DNA of 64,000 bases from Candidatus Berkelbacteria bacterium (GCA_016187225.1 JACPKC010000007.1:7654-71653), one strand, 5' to 3'; numbered from the stretch's first letter, positions 45,773-56,130 are shown. A program made the numbers and translations. Notes: a model not told the origin generated them from the letters alone.

Positions 45773-46330
45773 CTACTCAAACGCTTTCACTTTCCGCGCC
45801 GCTTCAGCGGCCAGCTCGGTCTTGCCAAGATTCTTATAGCCAACCTCCAAGAGTTCATAGGTATAGCCATGAATCGGATCGGCTTTTTGAGCAATTTCAA
45901 GATACCTCACCGCCTCGCGGGTGTGATCGAGCGCCAAAGTATTATCTAAATTCCAAAGCTGATCCGCCCGTTTTAATTCGGCAAAACCGGCATAAACAGC
46001 CGCGTCTCGATAGTTTGGATCCTTCAAACTCATTGCCCGCAAATAAATCGAACCCAGCCGATATTCTTCTTTAGAAACTAGTTCGACTCCGCGCTTGACC
46101 AGGAGAATCGGGTCGATATTCTGGCGCGAGAGCGTTTCGAGAAGCGCGGTTTCGGCGCGAAAACCTACCGCCTCATTTTGAGCCGACTCCGCGCTGACGC
46201 TCGCCGCCTGGCTAGTGCCCCAAATAAGCAAAGAACCAGCAACAATCAGAGCGCTCCCATAAAGAAGAACGCGCCTCTGCCACGGGGCAAATTGAGAATC
46301 AAATTCCCTCATCTTCAGTATAGTAATCAT
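45773..46330 (-). CDS. Secreted helical-repeat (TPR-like) hypothetical protein
   Basis: Signal peptide (LLYGSALIVAGSLLIWGTSQA) followed by helical repeats. 185 aa. Confidence 0.4.
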   Translation of the reverse strand: MITILKMREFDSQFAPWQRRVLLYGSALIVAGSLLIWGTSQAASVSAESAQNEAVGFRAETALLETLSRQNIDPILLVKRGVELVSKEEYRLGSIYLRAMSLKDPNYRDAAVYAGFAELKRADQLWNLDNTLALDHTREAVRYLEIAQKADPIHGYTYELLEVGYKNLGKTELAAEAARKVKAFE

Positions 46331-46351
46331 TCATGCGGAATGAGTGAAGAG

Positions 46352-47440
46352 CTAGGTCAAGCGCATCGAGGCGTCGGCGACTAAAGGCTTCGACAAATAA
46401 CGGCGCGGCGTTTCAAAGTAACGCACCAAGCCGGCGGCGCCGATCATCGCGGCATTGTCGGTTGTATATTCCAGTTCGGGCAAAAAAAGCGGCGTCGAAA
46501 GTTTTACGAGTCCATCACCCAAACGTCGACGGAGTTCGTAATTGGCGGCAACACCGCCCACAAGCGCGACGCTGGTCGGTCGATGTTCTTGAGCCGCGCG
46601 ACACGTTTTGGCAATCAGCACATCAAGAATTGCGTCTTCAATCGCGGCCGCGGCGGCATCGGTGTCGCGCGGCAAAACGATATCGCCACGATTGAGCGCG
46701 TAACGAACCGCTGTTTTTAAGCCTGAAAAACTAAAGTTGAAATCTTTACTCGCGAGCATTGGCCGCGGCAAAACGATTTTCAAGTTCGCGCCATTCTCGC
46801 GAGCGCGCGCGGCGGCTTGGGCAATTTCCGGCCCGCCTGGATACCTCAACTCGAGCAAGCGCGCCGTTTTATCGAAAGCCTCGCCAGCGGCATCGTCAAC
46901 GGTTTTGCCAAGAATCTCGTAATCGAAATGTTCGCGCATGAGAACGAGACTTGTGTGGCCGCCCGAAACTGTGAGAATCAACAGGGGAAAACGCGGCAAG
47001 GTCTGCGCGGGTTGCAGAAAAGTTGAATAGATATGCCCTTCCCAGTGATTGACCGGAATCGTTGGCTTGCCCATGATGGCGGCCAACTGACTGCCGGTGG
47101 TTGCACCGATCAAAAGCGGACCGATCAAGCCTGGCCCGACCGTGACCGCAATGGCGTCAAGCGTTTTGAGAGCGCGATAAATTTGAGAGCCGGCTTGAGT
47201 TGGCCTCTTAATCAAACCTGCCTCTTTGAGAGCGAGGGCGATGACTGGAATGATGCGGCGAGTATGTTCGCGCGCCGCGAGATCGGGAAAGACGCCGCCA
47301 TATTCGGCATGAAGCGCCGCCTGACTGGCCACGACATTCGACAAAACAGTAAAAGGCGCGTCGAGATTCCCCTCGATAATTGAAGCGGCTGTCTCATCGC
47401 AACTCGTTTCGATCGCCAGAATTCTGGGTAGCGACTGCAT
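46352..47440 (-). CDS. tsaD: tRNA N6-adenosine threonylcarbamoyltransferase TsaD (Kae1/YgjD family)
   Basis: ILAIETSCDETAASIIEG and HxxxHxxGG-type metal-binding motifs. The start is taken at MQSLPRIL. Confidence 0.85.
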   Translation of the reverse strand: MQSLPRILAIETSCDETAASIIEGNLDAPFTVLSNVVASQAALHAEYGGVFPDLAAREHTRRIIPVIALALKEAGLIKRPTQAGSQIYRALKTLDAIAVTVGPGLIGPLLIGATTGSQLAAIMGKPTIPVNHWEGHIYSTFLQPAQTLPRFPLLILTVSGGHTSLVLMREHFDYEILGKTVDDAAGEAFDKTARLLELRYPGGPEIAQAAARARENGANLKIVLPRPMLASKDFNFSFSGLKTAVRYALNRGDIVLPRDTDAAAAAIEDAILDVLIAKTCRAAQEHRPTSVALVGGVAANYELRRRLGDGLVKLSTPLFLPELEYTTDNAAMIGAAGLVRYFETPRRYLSKPLVADASMRLT

Positions 47441-47543
47441 ATTTTGGAGTATGCTCCAACTCCCCACTTATTCAACCTCATTGCAGACCTCGACTCACCC
47501 TTGACGATTTACTCTTCGCGCATTACCCACTACTCTTATATAT

Positions 47544-48587
47544 ATGCGCGAACCAAGCTTTCTCCAATCGAGTGAGTGGGAAGAATTTCAGCGCCGCCTC
47601 GGTGTCGCGACGCAACGCATCGGGGGGGCGCTGATTGTAGAACGCGCAACGCCTCTCGGGCGTTATTGGTATCTCGCGCGCGCCCGCCTGACCGCCGAAC
47701 TCTTAACAGAAATCCATGCCCAAGCTAAAAAAAACGGCGGCCTTTTTATTCGCATCGACCCGCAGGAAAAATTATCAATCAGTAATTATCAAATCTCGAC
47801 GACTCTCCCGACCCAACCCCAAGATACTCTCGTCCTCGACCTTACGCCAAGCGTCAACGAGCTCTTCAAAAATTTTCACGAAAAAACTCGTTACAATATT
47901 CGCTTGGCCGAACGCAAAGGAATCACTGTCACCCGGGCTTCCACATCAAACTCGAAGGAGCTCTCTGCTTTTTTAGCGCTCTCAAATAAAACGAGTCAAC
48001 GCCAGAACTTTCACTATCATTCAACTCATTACTATCAGATCTTGCTCCGCGTTCTCGGATCAAACGAAACGCCTCTCAACGCGTGTCTGTCGGCTGGCAA
48101 GGCGAGGTTGACGGTTAACGCCTGGACTGCCTGGCGCTACGATCAGCCGGTTGCCGCCATCCTTACTCTTGCCGACGCTCAAACTAAACAGAGCTATTAT
48201 CTTCACGGCGCCTCTGATCACACCGCGCGCACCCTGATGGCGCCCCACTTGCTTCAGTGGGTTGCAATCCAGAAAGCCAAAGAACTCGGTTGCGCCACTT
48301 ACGATTTTTGGGGCATCGCGCCTCCGAAAAGCGTTGCCGTCATTGCGAAGAATCGAGAGCGACGAATTTCATGTCATTGCGAAGAATCGAGAGCGACGCA
48401 ACAATCTGATTCATGCGCATTTGACCCAGCTCACCCGTGGGCGGGAATCACCCGCTTCAAACTCGGCTTTGGCGGCGAAGTTGTACACTACCCAGATTCA
48501 GTCGACCTCGTGCTTTCGCCCGCGCCCTATACACTTTATAAGCTTCTGCGTCCCATCGGCCGAGCGTTAAGATACATGCTATACTAA
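47544..48587 (+). CDS. FemAB/FemX-family peptidyltransferase (peptidoglycan interpeptide bridge formation)
   Basis: The N-terminal FLQSSEWEEFQ and the size and composition are typical of Fem-family GNAT-fold enzymes. The gene contains an internal 26-bp direct duplication. Confidence 0.6.
   Translation: MREPSFLQSSEWEEFQRRLGVATQRIGGALIVERATPLGRYWYLARARLTAELLTEIHAQAKKNGGLFIRIDPQEKLSISNYQISTTLPTQPQDTLVLDLTPSVNELFKNFHEKTRYNIRLAERKGITVTRASTSNSKELSAFLALSNKTSQRQNFHYHSTHYYQILLRVLGSNETPLNACLSAGKARLTVNAWTAWRYDQPVAAILTLADAQTKQSYYLHGASDHTARTLMAPHLLQWVAIQKAKELGCATYDFWGIAPPKSVAVIAKNRERRISCHCEESRATQQSDSCAFDPAHPWAGITRFKLGFGGEVVHYPDSVDLVLSPAPYTLYKLLRPIGRALRYMLY
48339..48398 (+). repeat. 26-bp direct duplication (GTCATTGCGAAGAATCGAGAGCGACG x2, 8-bp spacer) inside the Fem-family gene
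   Basis: Copies lie at 48339-48364 and 48373-48398. They encode VIAKNRERRISCHCEESRATQ, which is probably an insertion relative to Fem homologues. Confidence 0.85.
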
Positions 48588-48626
48588 AAGGACTTTTTCA
48601 CTAATTTTAATCTCTACCGGAGGGGT

Positions 48627-49973
48627 ATGTTTAGGTTATTGATTGATCTGCGCTCAATTTGGAGAAACTTGTCCAAAAGCTTTGTCAGAACTATCCAGGC
48701 TTTTGGGTTATTTTTGCTTATGTCCGGCATTTTCTTAAGCCAAATAGCTTTACCGACCCAATTAGTTCAGGCCGAAACTGCTATCAGCGCCGGCAGTATC
48801 GAAGAGGCTCAACGCCTTGCGACACCTCAAGGGTCTGTAGAATTTTCGAAAACGGTCGATGAAAACAAAAAAACGGTTAAAATTACAGTTAATTTTCGAA
48901 AACCCCAAGCGGGCGACGACATTTCAAAAACGCTTGATGTGACATATAACAATATCGTTGTTGCCGCTTATCATTTTTCAAGTTACAAACTCCTCCTGCA
49001 GGAAAAAAGTGGTAATAATCCTCAATTTCTGCGAGAAGGCGGGCTGGGCGAAGGTCAAATAAATGATCAGACAGCAAATGAAAGAAGTATCTCCAGTATT
49101 CATGATCTTAAATTGCCTTCATCTGGTTCGGAGACATATCGCTATAAGGTGAGCGCTACCTATGTGACTACGTCCAAGATAACTCAAGCTGCGCTTAATC
49201 AGATTACTGACCCATTCATCAGAACCGCCATCAACACGCTTCTGGGTAAAATTCCAGAAAAAATTTTCGGGGAATCGAGTGTTTCTGAAGTCACGCTCTA
49301 TTCAGATGGAACAACGAGCTTGAATGACGCAGAAGGCGACACAAAACCAGTTTTGACTGGCACTGCCAGCTTCGAAAATAACAAAAATCGATACGCCGTC
49401 ACGCTTAATTGGACAGTCGACAAACAACCAGATGACTCACCTCCCTACACTCTTTATCGACGCGTTAAAGAATCGACAGACACTGATTTCAGGAATTGGG
49501 CGTCAGTTTCTTCCCCAAGCGAAACCACCGAAACAGATACCGTTAAAGTCAATCCCGACACTTCTAAAACTGTCGAGTATTCAGTCATGGCTAACTATAC
49601 AGATTCAAGTATTCAATCGAGTCAAAAAACCAGTAATAGCGTCTCTTTTGAACTTAGCGCCGATAAAGACGGCAAACCGGTCGATAAGAACGGCAAGTCG
49701 ATAAAAGGACGGATTCCTGGGGCCAAGGGCGAAACGCCAGACATTACCAAACTCGGCAACCAAGCAAATACCACTGGCGAAAAATCGAGCGGTGTCGGTG
49801 GCGACTGCGATAAGGTGATTGAAAAGATTCAATTTGAAGGTATCAGCGGGCAATTTGCGGAATTTCTTGCTAAACCAATGGCGCAGTTTGCATGTTTACT
49901 TGCCGATCAAGTTTATCAAATGATGCTTAAAATGCCTCTCAAGATTGACGCCTGGATACGCACCACAACATGA
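48627..49973 (+). CDS. Secreted/N-anchored hypothetical surface protein (448 aa)
   Basis: Good RBS (GGAGGGG) and an N-terminal anchor helix. A Thr/Ser-rich ectodomain precedes a C-terminal amphipathic segment. The stop overlaps the next start (ATGA). Confidence 0.55.
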   Translation: MFRLLIDLRSIWRNLSKSFVRTIQAFGLFLLMSGIFLSQIALPTQLVQAETAISAGSIEEAQRLATPQGSVEFSKTVDENKKTVKITVNFRKPQAGDDISKTLDVTYNNIVVAAYHFSSYKLLLQEKSGNNPQFLREGGLGEGQINDQTANERSISSIHDLKLPSSGSETYRYKVSATYVTTSKITQAALNQITDPFIRTAINTLLGKIPEKIFGESSVSEVTLYSDGTTSLNDAEGDTKPVLTGTASFENNKNRYAVTLNWTVDKQPDDSPPYTLYRRVKESTDTDFRNWASVSSPSETTETDTVKVNPDTSKTVEYSVMANYTDSSIQSSQKTSNSVSFELSADKDGKPVDKNGKSIKGRIPGAKGETPDITKLGNQANTTGEKSSGVGGDCDKVIEKIQFEGISGQFAEFLAKPMAQFACLLADQVYQMMLKMPLKIDAWIRTTT

Positions 49974-52216
49974 AAAAATTGATCCTCCTCATTTTGGCAA
50001 TCACCGTCCTGACTATTTTAGAACCAAGTCCTGTCTATGCGCTTAATAGTCTTCAAGATCTTATCCGAAAAGAAGATGGCGGCTTGCGTCAGCTCTGGGA
50101 ATTTTCTCGGTCTTTGATCAATTATCTGATGGTGGCGTTCTTAATGATGGTTGCCTTCGCCAACACGCTCCGCATCAACATCGATACCTATGGCGTTAAA
50201 AAGGTTCTGCCTAATCTGATTATCGCCTTTTTGCTGGCTAATTTTAGTTTGTTTTTAGCTCAAATCGTGCTCGATCTCGCTGATTCCTTAACTTGTTCGT
50301 CATATATGATCGCTAGCAAAGAAGCTTGTGGCACGCAAAGCATGAGCCCAGCCGCTTCAGTGATGGTTGATTTTGCCAGAGGAATGGGCGGGGGCTCAAA
50401 AACAGCGGCTGGGATCATTCTTGGCGTTGGTGGGGTAGGAGGACTCGCGGCAGGCGGTCTGGCCGGGGCCTTAATTAGTTTGATTCCGGGAGTGAATTTT
50501 GCCGCCGGCGCCGCCGCTTTGATAGGCGTGGCTCTCGCTTGCGTAATCATATTCTTACTCGCCCTCGTTCCAACTATTTTGATGCTAGTTCTCTGGGCAA
50601 TGTTTATTATCCGTTTTTACTTTCTTCAATTTTTAATTGCCGCCGCGCCCGCCGCCTTTATCCTAATGGCTTTCCCATTCGGAAAAAATATTTTTAATAA
50701 GTGGCTTAATCAATTTCTAACCTGGGCATTTATGAAGCCGATCGCGTTTCTCCTGATGGCGCTCGGGAGTATTATCATCCAGAATCCGCTCGGCGATGCA
50801 ATGGGCTGGGTGGTGAGTTTTTTTGTGGCGGGCGGAGCGATCATCGCCGCAGTGACCGTGCCCTGGAAACTTGGATCAGCGGTCAATAGCATGATAAGCG
50901 GTTTATTGCGTCGGGCTGGCGCCTTTGGCTGGAATAGTACTCGTTTAGGCTTAGCCGGCGTAGGAAGTAAGCTAAAAGATCGCAAAGATTGGGCGGGTAG
51001 GCTTGGTCGAGGTATGAGTGCGACCGCGGGTGTAATGTCGGCTCCAATAGCAATCAAAGAGGTGCTTGACAAAAATCGCCACGATGCCGAACTCGAAGCC
51101 CGAGCCGAAGGCGCGAGCATGATTGGCAACAAAACTTTGCGGCGGCAAGTTGATGACACGCGCATTGCCGAAAAAGCTAAAGAAATTGAAGATAAATCTG
51201 CGCCCGAGCTGGGCGAAATGCTTGGCGAAGCCGCTAAAAGACACGATAAACATCTGGTCCAAGCAATTCTGCAAAAACTCTACAAAGATGGCAATGCAGA
51301 ATTTACTCTCTATGACATGGTTCAGAATAAGATGCTCGATGAAGAAGGCGCCCTGACCGATCTTGCCAAAGAGATTGGTTTGAGCACAGAAGAAATTACG
51401 GATCTTAAAAAGAAGGGCCCAACCGGCAAAGGTTTGAGCAAGCTCACGATGAGCATGCTTGGCGCTCAATTTGAGGATGTTGAGGTAACAGAATATAAGT
51501 TGGACAAGGATGGCAAGTCAACACAAGAAGAAGTTACAAAGACAAAGATTAAGGACAGCGGTGATTTTGTGGCTCGAATGCGTGAACGCCTTGAAGGGAT
51601 TGCGCTTGGCCAAAACCGCACGCATGAATTTGGAACGATTGAACGTGATCCCAAAAAACCCGGCGATCAATTTCTTAGAAGCGATGCCGAGATTGCTAAA
51701 ATAGGCGCAACTATCGGCAAAGATGACCCTCAAGTCATGCTCGCTAAGGCCGAGGGCGACGCGTGGTTGAAACATCGCGGCGAGGAAAAAGGTCTGCAGG
51801 ATACTGTCCTCCAGCGGATCGAGGACGGCAGTATCAACCTTGGCACTTTTGAGCATATCGATCGATTATCTGGCAAGGTGCGCGGTTTGATTAATAGTGA
51901 TCCCAAAGTAGCGGCCGGGGTTCAGAGAGATTTGACTAAAAAATCACAAGAGATGTTGGCGAAATACAATTCTGCTATGAAGACTGGAGACTTTGGAAAA
52001 GCAAAACAACATTATCTGGCTTATGCGACCGCGGAAGTCGCCAAATTAGGCCTGAAATCAGACTACTCGCGCGAAGAAGTGAACGTGGCCCGAAAAAAAT
52101 TTATCGAGAGATCAGATAAAAGATTTGGTTCTTTACTTAAAGAGACGCCTCAATCTCAAGAACCTCCTATACCACTCGGGGGACCCGCAGATCCCAATAA
52201 TATGCCTAACCCATGA
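49970..52216 (+). CDS. Polytopic membrane protein with a Gly-rich loop region and a long charged C-terminal domain; VirB6/TrbL-like (tentative)
   Basis: Signal peptide, at least 6 TM helices with GxxxG-rich segments, and a 400-aa hydrophilic tail. It sits in an operon that ends in PrgI/VirB4-like genes. The family assignment is inferred from topology and context only. Confidence 0.4.
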   Translation: MKKLILLILAITVLTILEPSPVYALNSLQDLIRKEDGGLRQLWEFSRSLINYLMVAFLMMVAFANTLRINIDTYGVKKVLPNLIIAFLLANFSLFLAQIVLDLADSLTCSSYMIASKEACGTQSMSPAASVMVDFARGMGGGSKTAAGIILGVGGVGGLAAGGLAGALISLIPGVNFAAGAAALIGVALACVIIFLLALVPTILMLVLWAMFIIRFYFLQFLIAAAPAAFILMAFPFGKNIFNKWLNQFLTWAFMKPIAFLLMALGSIIIQNPLGDAMGWVVSFFVAGGAIIAAVTVPWKLGSAVNSMISGLLRRAGAFGWNSTRLGLAGVGSKLKDRKDWAGRLGRGMSATAGVMSAPIAIKEVLDKNRHDAELEARAEGASMIGNKTLRRQVDDTRIAEKAKEIEDKSAPELGEMLGEAAKRHDKHLVQAILQKLYKDGNAEFTLYDMVQNKMLDEEGALTDLAKEIGLSTEEITDLKKKGPTGKGLSKLTMSMLGAQFEDVEVTEYKLDKDGKSTQEEVTKTKIKDSGDFVARMRERLEGIALGQNRTHEFGTIERDPKKPGDQFLRSDAEIAKIGATIGKDDPQVMLAKAEGDAWLKHRGEEKGLQDTVLQRIEDGSINLGTFEHIDRLSGKVRGLINSDPKVAAGVQRDLTKKSQEMLAKYNSAMKTGDFGKAKQHYLAYATAEVAKLGLKSDYSREEVNVARKKFIERSDKRFGSLLKETPQSQEPPIPLGGPADPNNMPNP

Positions 52217-53313
52217 CGACCGAACCTCAACCCCAAATCACTATCGCGAATTATCAAAAAACGCTTACCCAAGCAGTCGGGCAACTTCGCGAGTTTTTGA
52301 TTCCGCTCAAACGCGGGGAAATAACCTCGATTCCGCTTGATCCTCTCATCGAGCGAGTCACTAAATTTCACAAACGTTTCCAGGCGCGGCTGACAGCCGA
52401 CACAGCTCTGGGCTTGCCAAAAACAGAGATCGCCGAGCATCTCGTGCAAGAAACGGTCTCGCAAATTCATAATTTAACCGCGGTTCTGGATGAGATCCAG
52501 GCGACTCAACCCAAAACAACATCCGCAATCGACCTCCCGCGCGCGGCGCTTCGTTACAACCAACGCGCGGCCGTGTTAACTCAACTCTTAACTTCGAATC
52601 TCCAGTTGCAAAATACAACCGTTCTCAAAGAAGAACATGCCCGAATCGCCGAAGTCAATGCGGTCAGCGCCGAACATGAAACCTGGGTGCCACTGCAAGC
52701 CTTGAGCCAAAAAGGGAGCGAAGACCTTTTGCGTATTATTACTCGCGCGATCCCGGTTGATCCTTTGATCGACGAGGACATCAGCTCGCTTTTGGGAGTG
52801 TTTCTGCGAGGCGCGCATACGGAAACAGCTATCCAACGCCTCGAGACCGGGCAACAATCACTCCGAGGTGATTCTGTCGCGCTTCGCGCCCTGGCGGACT
52901 CGCAACAATTTCGCGATGTTGTGGCCGCCACTTTCGTGCCTTTGTTTTCACGCCTTTTGAAGCAAGAAAAAATCGAAGCCTATGAGGATGAGTTTCGAAA
53001 CGTCTACTTTACGGTGGTTAAGGAAGTTCAGAAGTATTACCAGTATAAGAAGCAAGCACAACCGCCGGCGCCAACTCTGCAAGTGCAGGCCGATGACCAG
53101 CCCAAGCCGACACCAGCGCCAATACCAAGTCAGACAAAGCTCGTGCCCCCGCAGTCTGCACCGCCGGCGCCGCCGAGTCTTCCAAAAACGCCTCAATCTC
53201 CACCATTCTCAATCGAACCCACGACCGCCGAGGTGGTTGGAATCAAGGTCAACCGCAAGGGCCAAGGCAATACGCCAGGCAAACGACCGATCACACCCAT
53301 CCCAACAGAATAA
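52213..53313 (+). CDS. Hypothetical soluble protein with a Pro-rich C-terminus (366 aa)
   Basis: Translationally coupled to the upstream gene (ATGA overlap). No recognisable domain. Confidence 0.5.
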   Translation: MTTEPQPQITIANYQKTLTQAVGQLREFLIPLKRGEITSIPLDPLIERVTKFHKRFQARLTADTALGLPKTEIAEHLVQETVSQIHNLTAVLDEIQATQPKTTSAIDLPRAALRYNQRAAVLTQLLTSNLQLQNTTVLKEEHARIAEVNAVSAEHETWVPLQALSQKGSEDLLRIITRAIPVDPLIDEDISSLLGVFLRGAHTETAIQRLETGQQSLRGDSVALRALADSQQFRDVVAATFVPLFSRLLKQEKIEAYEDEFRNVYFTVVKEVQKYYQYKKQAQPPAPTLQVQADDQPKPTPAPIPSQTKLVPPQSAPPAPPSLPKTPQSPPFSIEPTTAEVVGIKVNRKGQGNTPGKRPITPIPTE

Positions 53314-53470
53314 CTGCCATACACCTACGAGGTGAAAGGAACGAGGTGTCATTTGGATAGTGATTGCGACCGTTGACAAATCCCTCCTGTTTATGGTATG
53401 AAGTCTCGTTTCGCTTGCGATAAACGGGCGGAACAATTTTTGCCCCAAATGGGGCCGGAGGGATTTAACA

Positions 53471-54982
53471 ATGAGGTTTTTTGTTCTGGTGATTTTGGTT
53501 GCTTTTTTTTCTTTTTTGACGGCGGGCGCGGGCTTTGCCCAGGATCCGATGATCCTCTACCCAAACGCCGGGGCGCGTTTTCAGGTCGATCCTGAAAAGC
53601 CCCTAAAGATGTACTTCATGGGCACCGCGCCGGCTGGCGCCGAGTGGGTACGGGTGAAATGGGACGGGCAAAACTTGCCCGGGCTCGTCGACGTGAAGCC
53701 CGATGGAACCTGGCGAGGTTTCGTCTCGCTCGGCTCGCTTGAAAGGCAAAACGGCGCGTATCTTTCGCGCGACAAGGAATTTGTCGCGCAAGCGCTCGAT
53801 GAAAGTCGAACGCGCCAGATCGGCGATCAACGAACCGTCACGGTTGCGGTTGTGCCGGCGCCGGCGCGCATCGAGGTTGATGACCTCGAACGAGAGATGC
53901 GGATGCGCGCCGAGCGCCAACAAGTACCGGCGTGGATCTGGTGGGGTTTGGGCGCCGTGATGATTGTAATTCTCTGGTACCGCTTTTGGCCGCGGTGCCT
54001 CGTTTACGAGGATCCGACACCGCGGTACGCGGCCGGCCACGAGATTAAACTCAACCGGCCGAGCCATAAGGGGCTGTGTTGGGGAGGTTTCGCGGTTGAT
54101 GAGCGAACTCCATTACCGCCTGGCCTCTCCTTTGTGGATGGCCAACTCGGCAACGCCCCGCCCCGAACCTCGGCGTCCGGCATCCTGGCCGGAACGCCAG
54201 GAGCGCCAGCTCCGCCTGCACCAGGAGCGCCAGCAATGGCGGCCGGCACCTACGACGTGCGCATCATCGGCGGGCTTTTTGCCACCACCGGCCCCTGGAG
54301 CTATCTCGGATGGTGCCGAACAACCGTGACTATCACGGTTGAGGCTCAAACGCGGCGCGTCGTGAAATACAACGACGACATCGCCGTGGTTTGGGAGGCC
54401 GGCAAATGGGCAAGTGTCAAGCCCAAGACCGAGCCCAAGGACATGGAATGGCAGTTCGCCATTGTGACCGTTGTGCCACGGGCGCCCTGGCTCGCCGTTA
54501 ATCCAACGACGGGCGAATTGAGCGGCAGGCCACCCGCCCCACCGGTTCCACCCGTGGCAGGAGCGGCGCCCCCGCCAGACACCTGGCAAGTGGTAGTCTG
54601 GGCCACGAACGTGCGGACTCCGATCGGAGTCGTGCCGATCACGGTCACGATCCACGCCCAAGCGCCGGAGGCCCAGACGCGCCAACCGAGCCTCACCTAC
54701 GAAGTGGTGAGAATGGCTTGTCGGCCTGGCCAACTGGTCTCGCCGAACGCGCCGCGACTCGACCCGCCCGGCACGCTGGCAAATGGATACACCATTCTGC
54801 CAGACCTGCCAGGCGGCATGGTCTGCCGGCCAAGTGATGGGATCATTGCCGGCACACCAGGGGCGGAGCGAGACGGCCAGACCTACACGATCCAGGCGTG
54901 GAACGGCCCGGCCTTCGTCGCCCAGGCCGCCGTTTGGATCGAGGTCAAGGCGCCTGGAGCGCCAGCGGGCGGTGGCAAATGA
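53471..54982 (+). CDS. Secreted protein with a TM anchor and three putative-Ig (He_PIG/dystroglycan-cadherin-like) repeats; GC-rich
   Basis: Signal peptide MRFFVLVILVAFFSFLTAGAGFA. The repeats LPPGLSFVDGQL...GTYDVRIIGG, NPTTGELSGRPPA... and YTILPDLPGGMVCRPSDGIIAGTP...QTYTIQAWNG match the L-P-x-G-L-x(n)-G-x-[LI]-x-G-T-P...G-T-Y pattern of putative Ig domains. Confidence 0.6.
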   Translation: MRFFVLVILVAFFSFLTAGAGFAQDPMILYPNAGARFQVDPEKPLKMYFMGTAPAGAEWVRVKWDGQNLPGLVDVKPDGTWRGFVSLGSLERQNGAYLSRDKEFVAQALDESRTRQIGDQRTVTVAVVPAPARIEVDDLEREMRMRAERQQVPAWIWWGLGAVMIVILWYRFWPRCLVYEDPTPRYAAGHEIKLNRPSHKGLCWGGFAVDERTPLPPGLSFVDGQLGNAPPRTSASGILAGTPGAPAPPAPGAPAMAAGTYDVRIIGGLFATTGPWSYLGWCRTTVTITVEAQTRRVVKYNDDIAVVWEAGKWASVKPKTEPKDMEWQFAIVTVVPRAPWLAVNPTTGELSGRPPAPPVPPVAGAAPPPDTWQVVVWATNVRTPIGVVPITVTIHAQAPEAQTRQPSLTYEVVRMACRPGQLVSPNAPRLDPPGTLANGYTILPDLPGGMVCRPSDGIIAGTPGAERDGQTYTIQAWNGPAFVAQAAVWIEVKAPGAPAGGGK

Positions 54983-55129
54983 GGTAATCGGTCTCCCGGC
55001 GGCGCCGGCGATGGGCCTTAAATACGACGAGTAATGCCCTGGGGTTTGATCCCCAGGGCATTTTTTATCTCAAAGAACTTTCTCACTTACTCGAAAAAAA
55101 TACTTTTTCAACGGTCTCCTCATAGAGAC

Positions 55130-55159
55130 TTGACAAAACAGCCTGACTTGTGATTTAAT
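55130..55159 (+). promoter_or_regulatory. Sigma70-like promoter (TTGACA, 18 bp spacer, TGaTTTAAT extended -10) with a ~200-nt leader
   Basis: -35 TTGACA at 55130-55135, a TG at 55151-55152 and TTTAAT at 55154-55159. The gene start is at 55359. Confidence 0.4.
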
Positions 55160-55358
55160 CTCACGTTTTAACAATTCGGAATCGATGACGACGTAGCCAT
55201 TGTTGGTGAAACGTGAATAGTGAAGCGTTTGATGCTTAATCGCTGACTCTTAACGACTCGCGCTTTACCACCGGATGGGTGCGTCGTCGTCGACAAGAAA
55301 TCCCGGCCGGGTTCGGTCGGCGGCGCGCTCCCAAAAAACCAGAAAGGAGGTGGCTCGC

Positions 55359-56111
55359 ATGTTGCGAACCACCGCATTGATCATCACTATTTTTTTCTTT
55401 TTCTCCTCTGCCTTTCCCGTCTGGGCGGAGACCGAGGTCGAGGCTCTGCAGAGCCTCCTCGGAACCGCCACCGCAACCTGGACGAAGGACCAGGGGTGGC
55501 GGGTTACCTTCCCGAAAGGGAAGCAATACCCGGCGGAGGCGGCTCACGCCGTCGAGGCGCTGTTGAATCGGGGAGAGGGACGGGTTGAGAAAGGAAAAAT
55601 CCGCCTCAACCCGAAGGCCGATATCGGCCAGCTCAAGCTGGCGGACGCCCGGCTGGCGTTCGTCCTGCAGGGGGTCGCTCGCGACCTCCGGCAACAAAAC
55701 CTGGAGATGGCGGGGCGGATGGCGGGCGTGGAGACCCGCGCCGACAACCTCGAGGAGTGGCAGAAAAATGTGGCGCCACTCCTCAAGGGAATCGGCCAGC
55801 CGAGCTGGGTGGCGTGGACCGCGCTCGCGGTTGCCATTCTGGCACTGATCGCGGCGCTTTGGAAGCGCCGCTCAACGGTCGAGCCGGCCGAGGAGCAAGA
55901 GGAGCCGGCTCGATCGCCGACTCGGCAACAACCGGCTCCGCCGGCGCGGCCGACTCCGCCGTCCCAGGGGGGACCCAAGCCAACGCTTCCGGCTCGGCCA
56001 GGACCGGCGCCAGCCATCCCCTCCCCAACGCCCGCCGCGCCCCCGGCTCGGCCGGCGCCTCTGCCGGTTCCTAACACGGAGCCGGAGGAGGAAAACGATT
56101 CGGCCGCTTAA
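55359..56111 (+). CDS. Secreted single-pass membrane protein with a Pro-rich cytoplasmic tail (hypothetical), GC-rich
   Basis: MLRTTALIITIFFFFSSAFPVWA signal peptide, a TM helix WVAWTALAVAILALIAALW, and a C-terminal P/A-rich tail. Confidence 0.55.
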   Translation: MLRTTALIITIFFFFSSAFPVWAETEVEALQSLLGTATATWTKDQGWRVTFPKGKQYPAEAAHAVEALLNRGEGRVEKGKIRLNPKADIGQLKLADARLAFVLQGVARDLRQQNLEMAGRMAGVETRADNLEEWQKNVAPLLKGIGQPSWVAWTALAVAILALIAALWKRRSTVEPAEEQEEPARSPTRQQPAPPARPTPPSQGGPKPTLPARPGPAPAIPSPTPAAPPARPAPLPVPNTEPEEENDSAA

Positions 56112-56130
56112 AAACGGCCGGGGTACCGAA

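Noticed and set aside
53373-53401. Possible promoter (TTGACA ... TATGGT) upstream of the Ig-like protein gene
   Set aside because: The -35 is perfect, but no -10 hexamer falls at a 16-18 bp spacing, so I did not list it as a feature.
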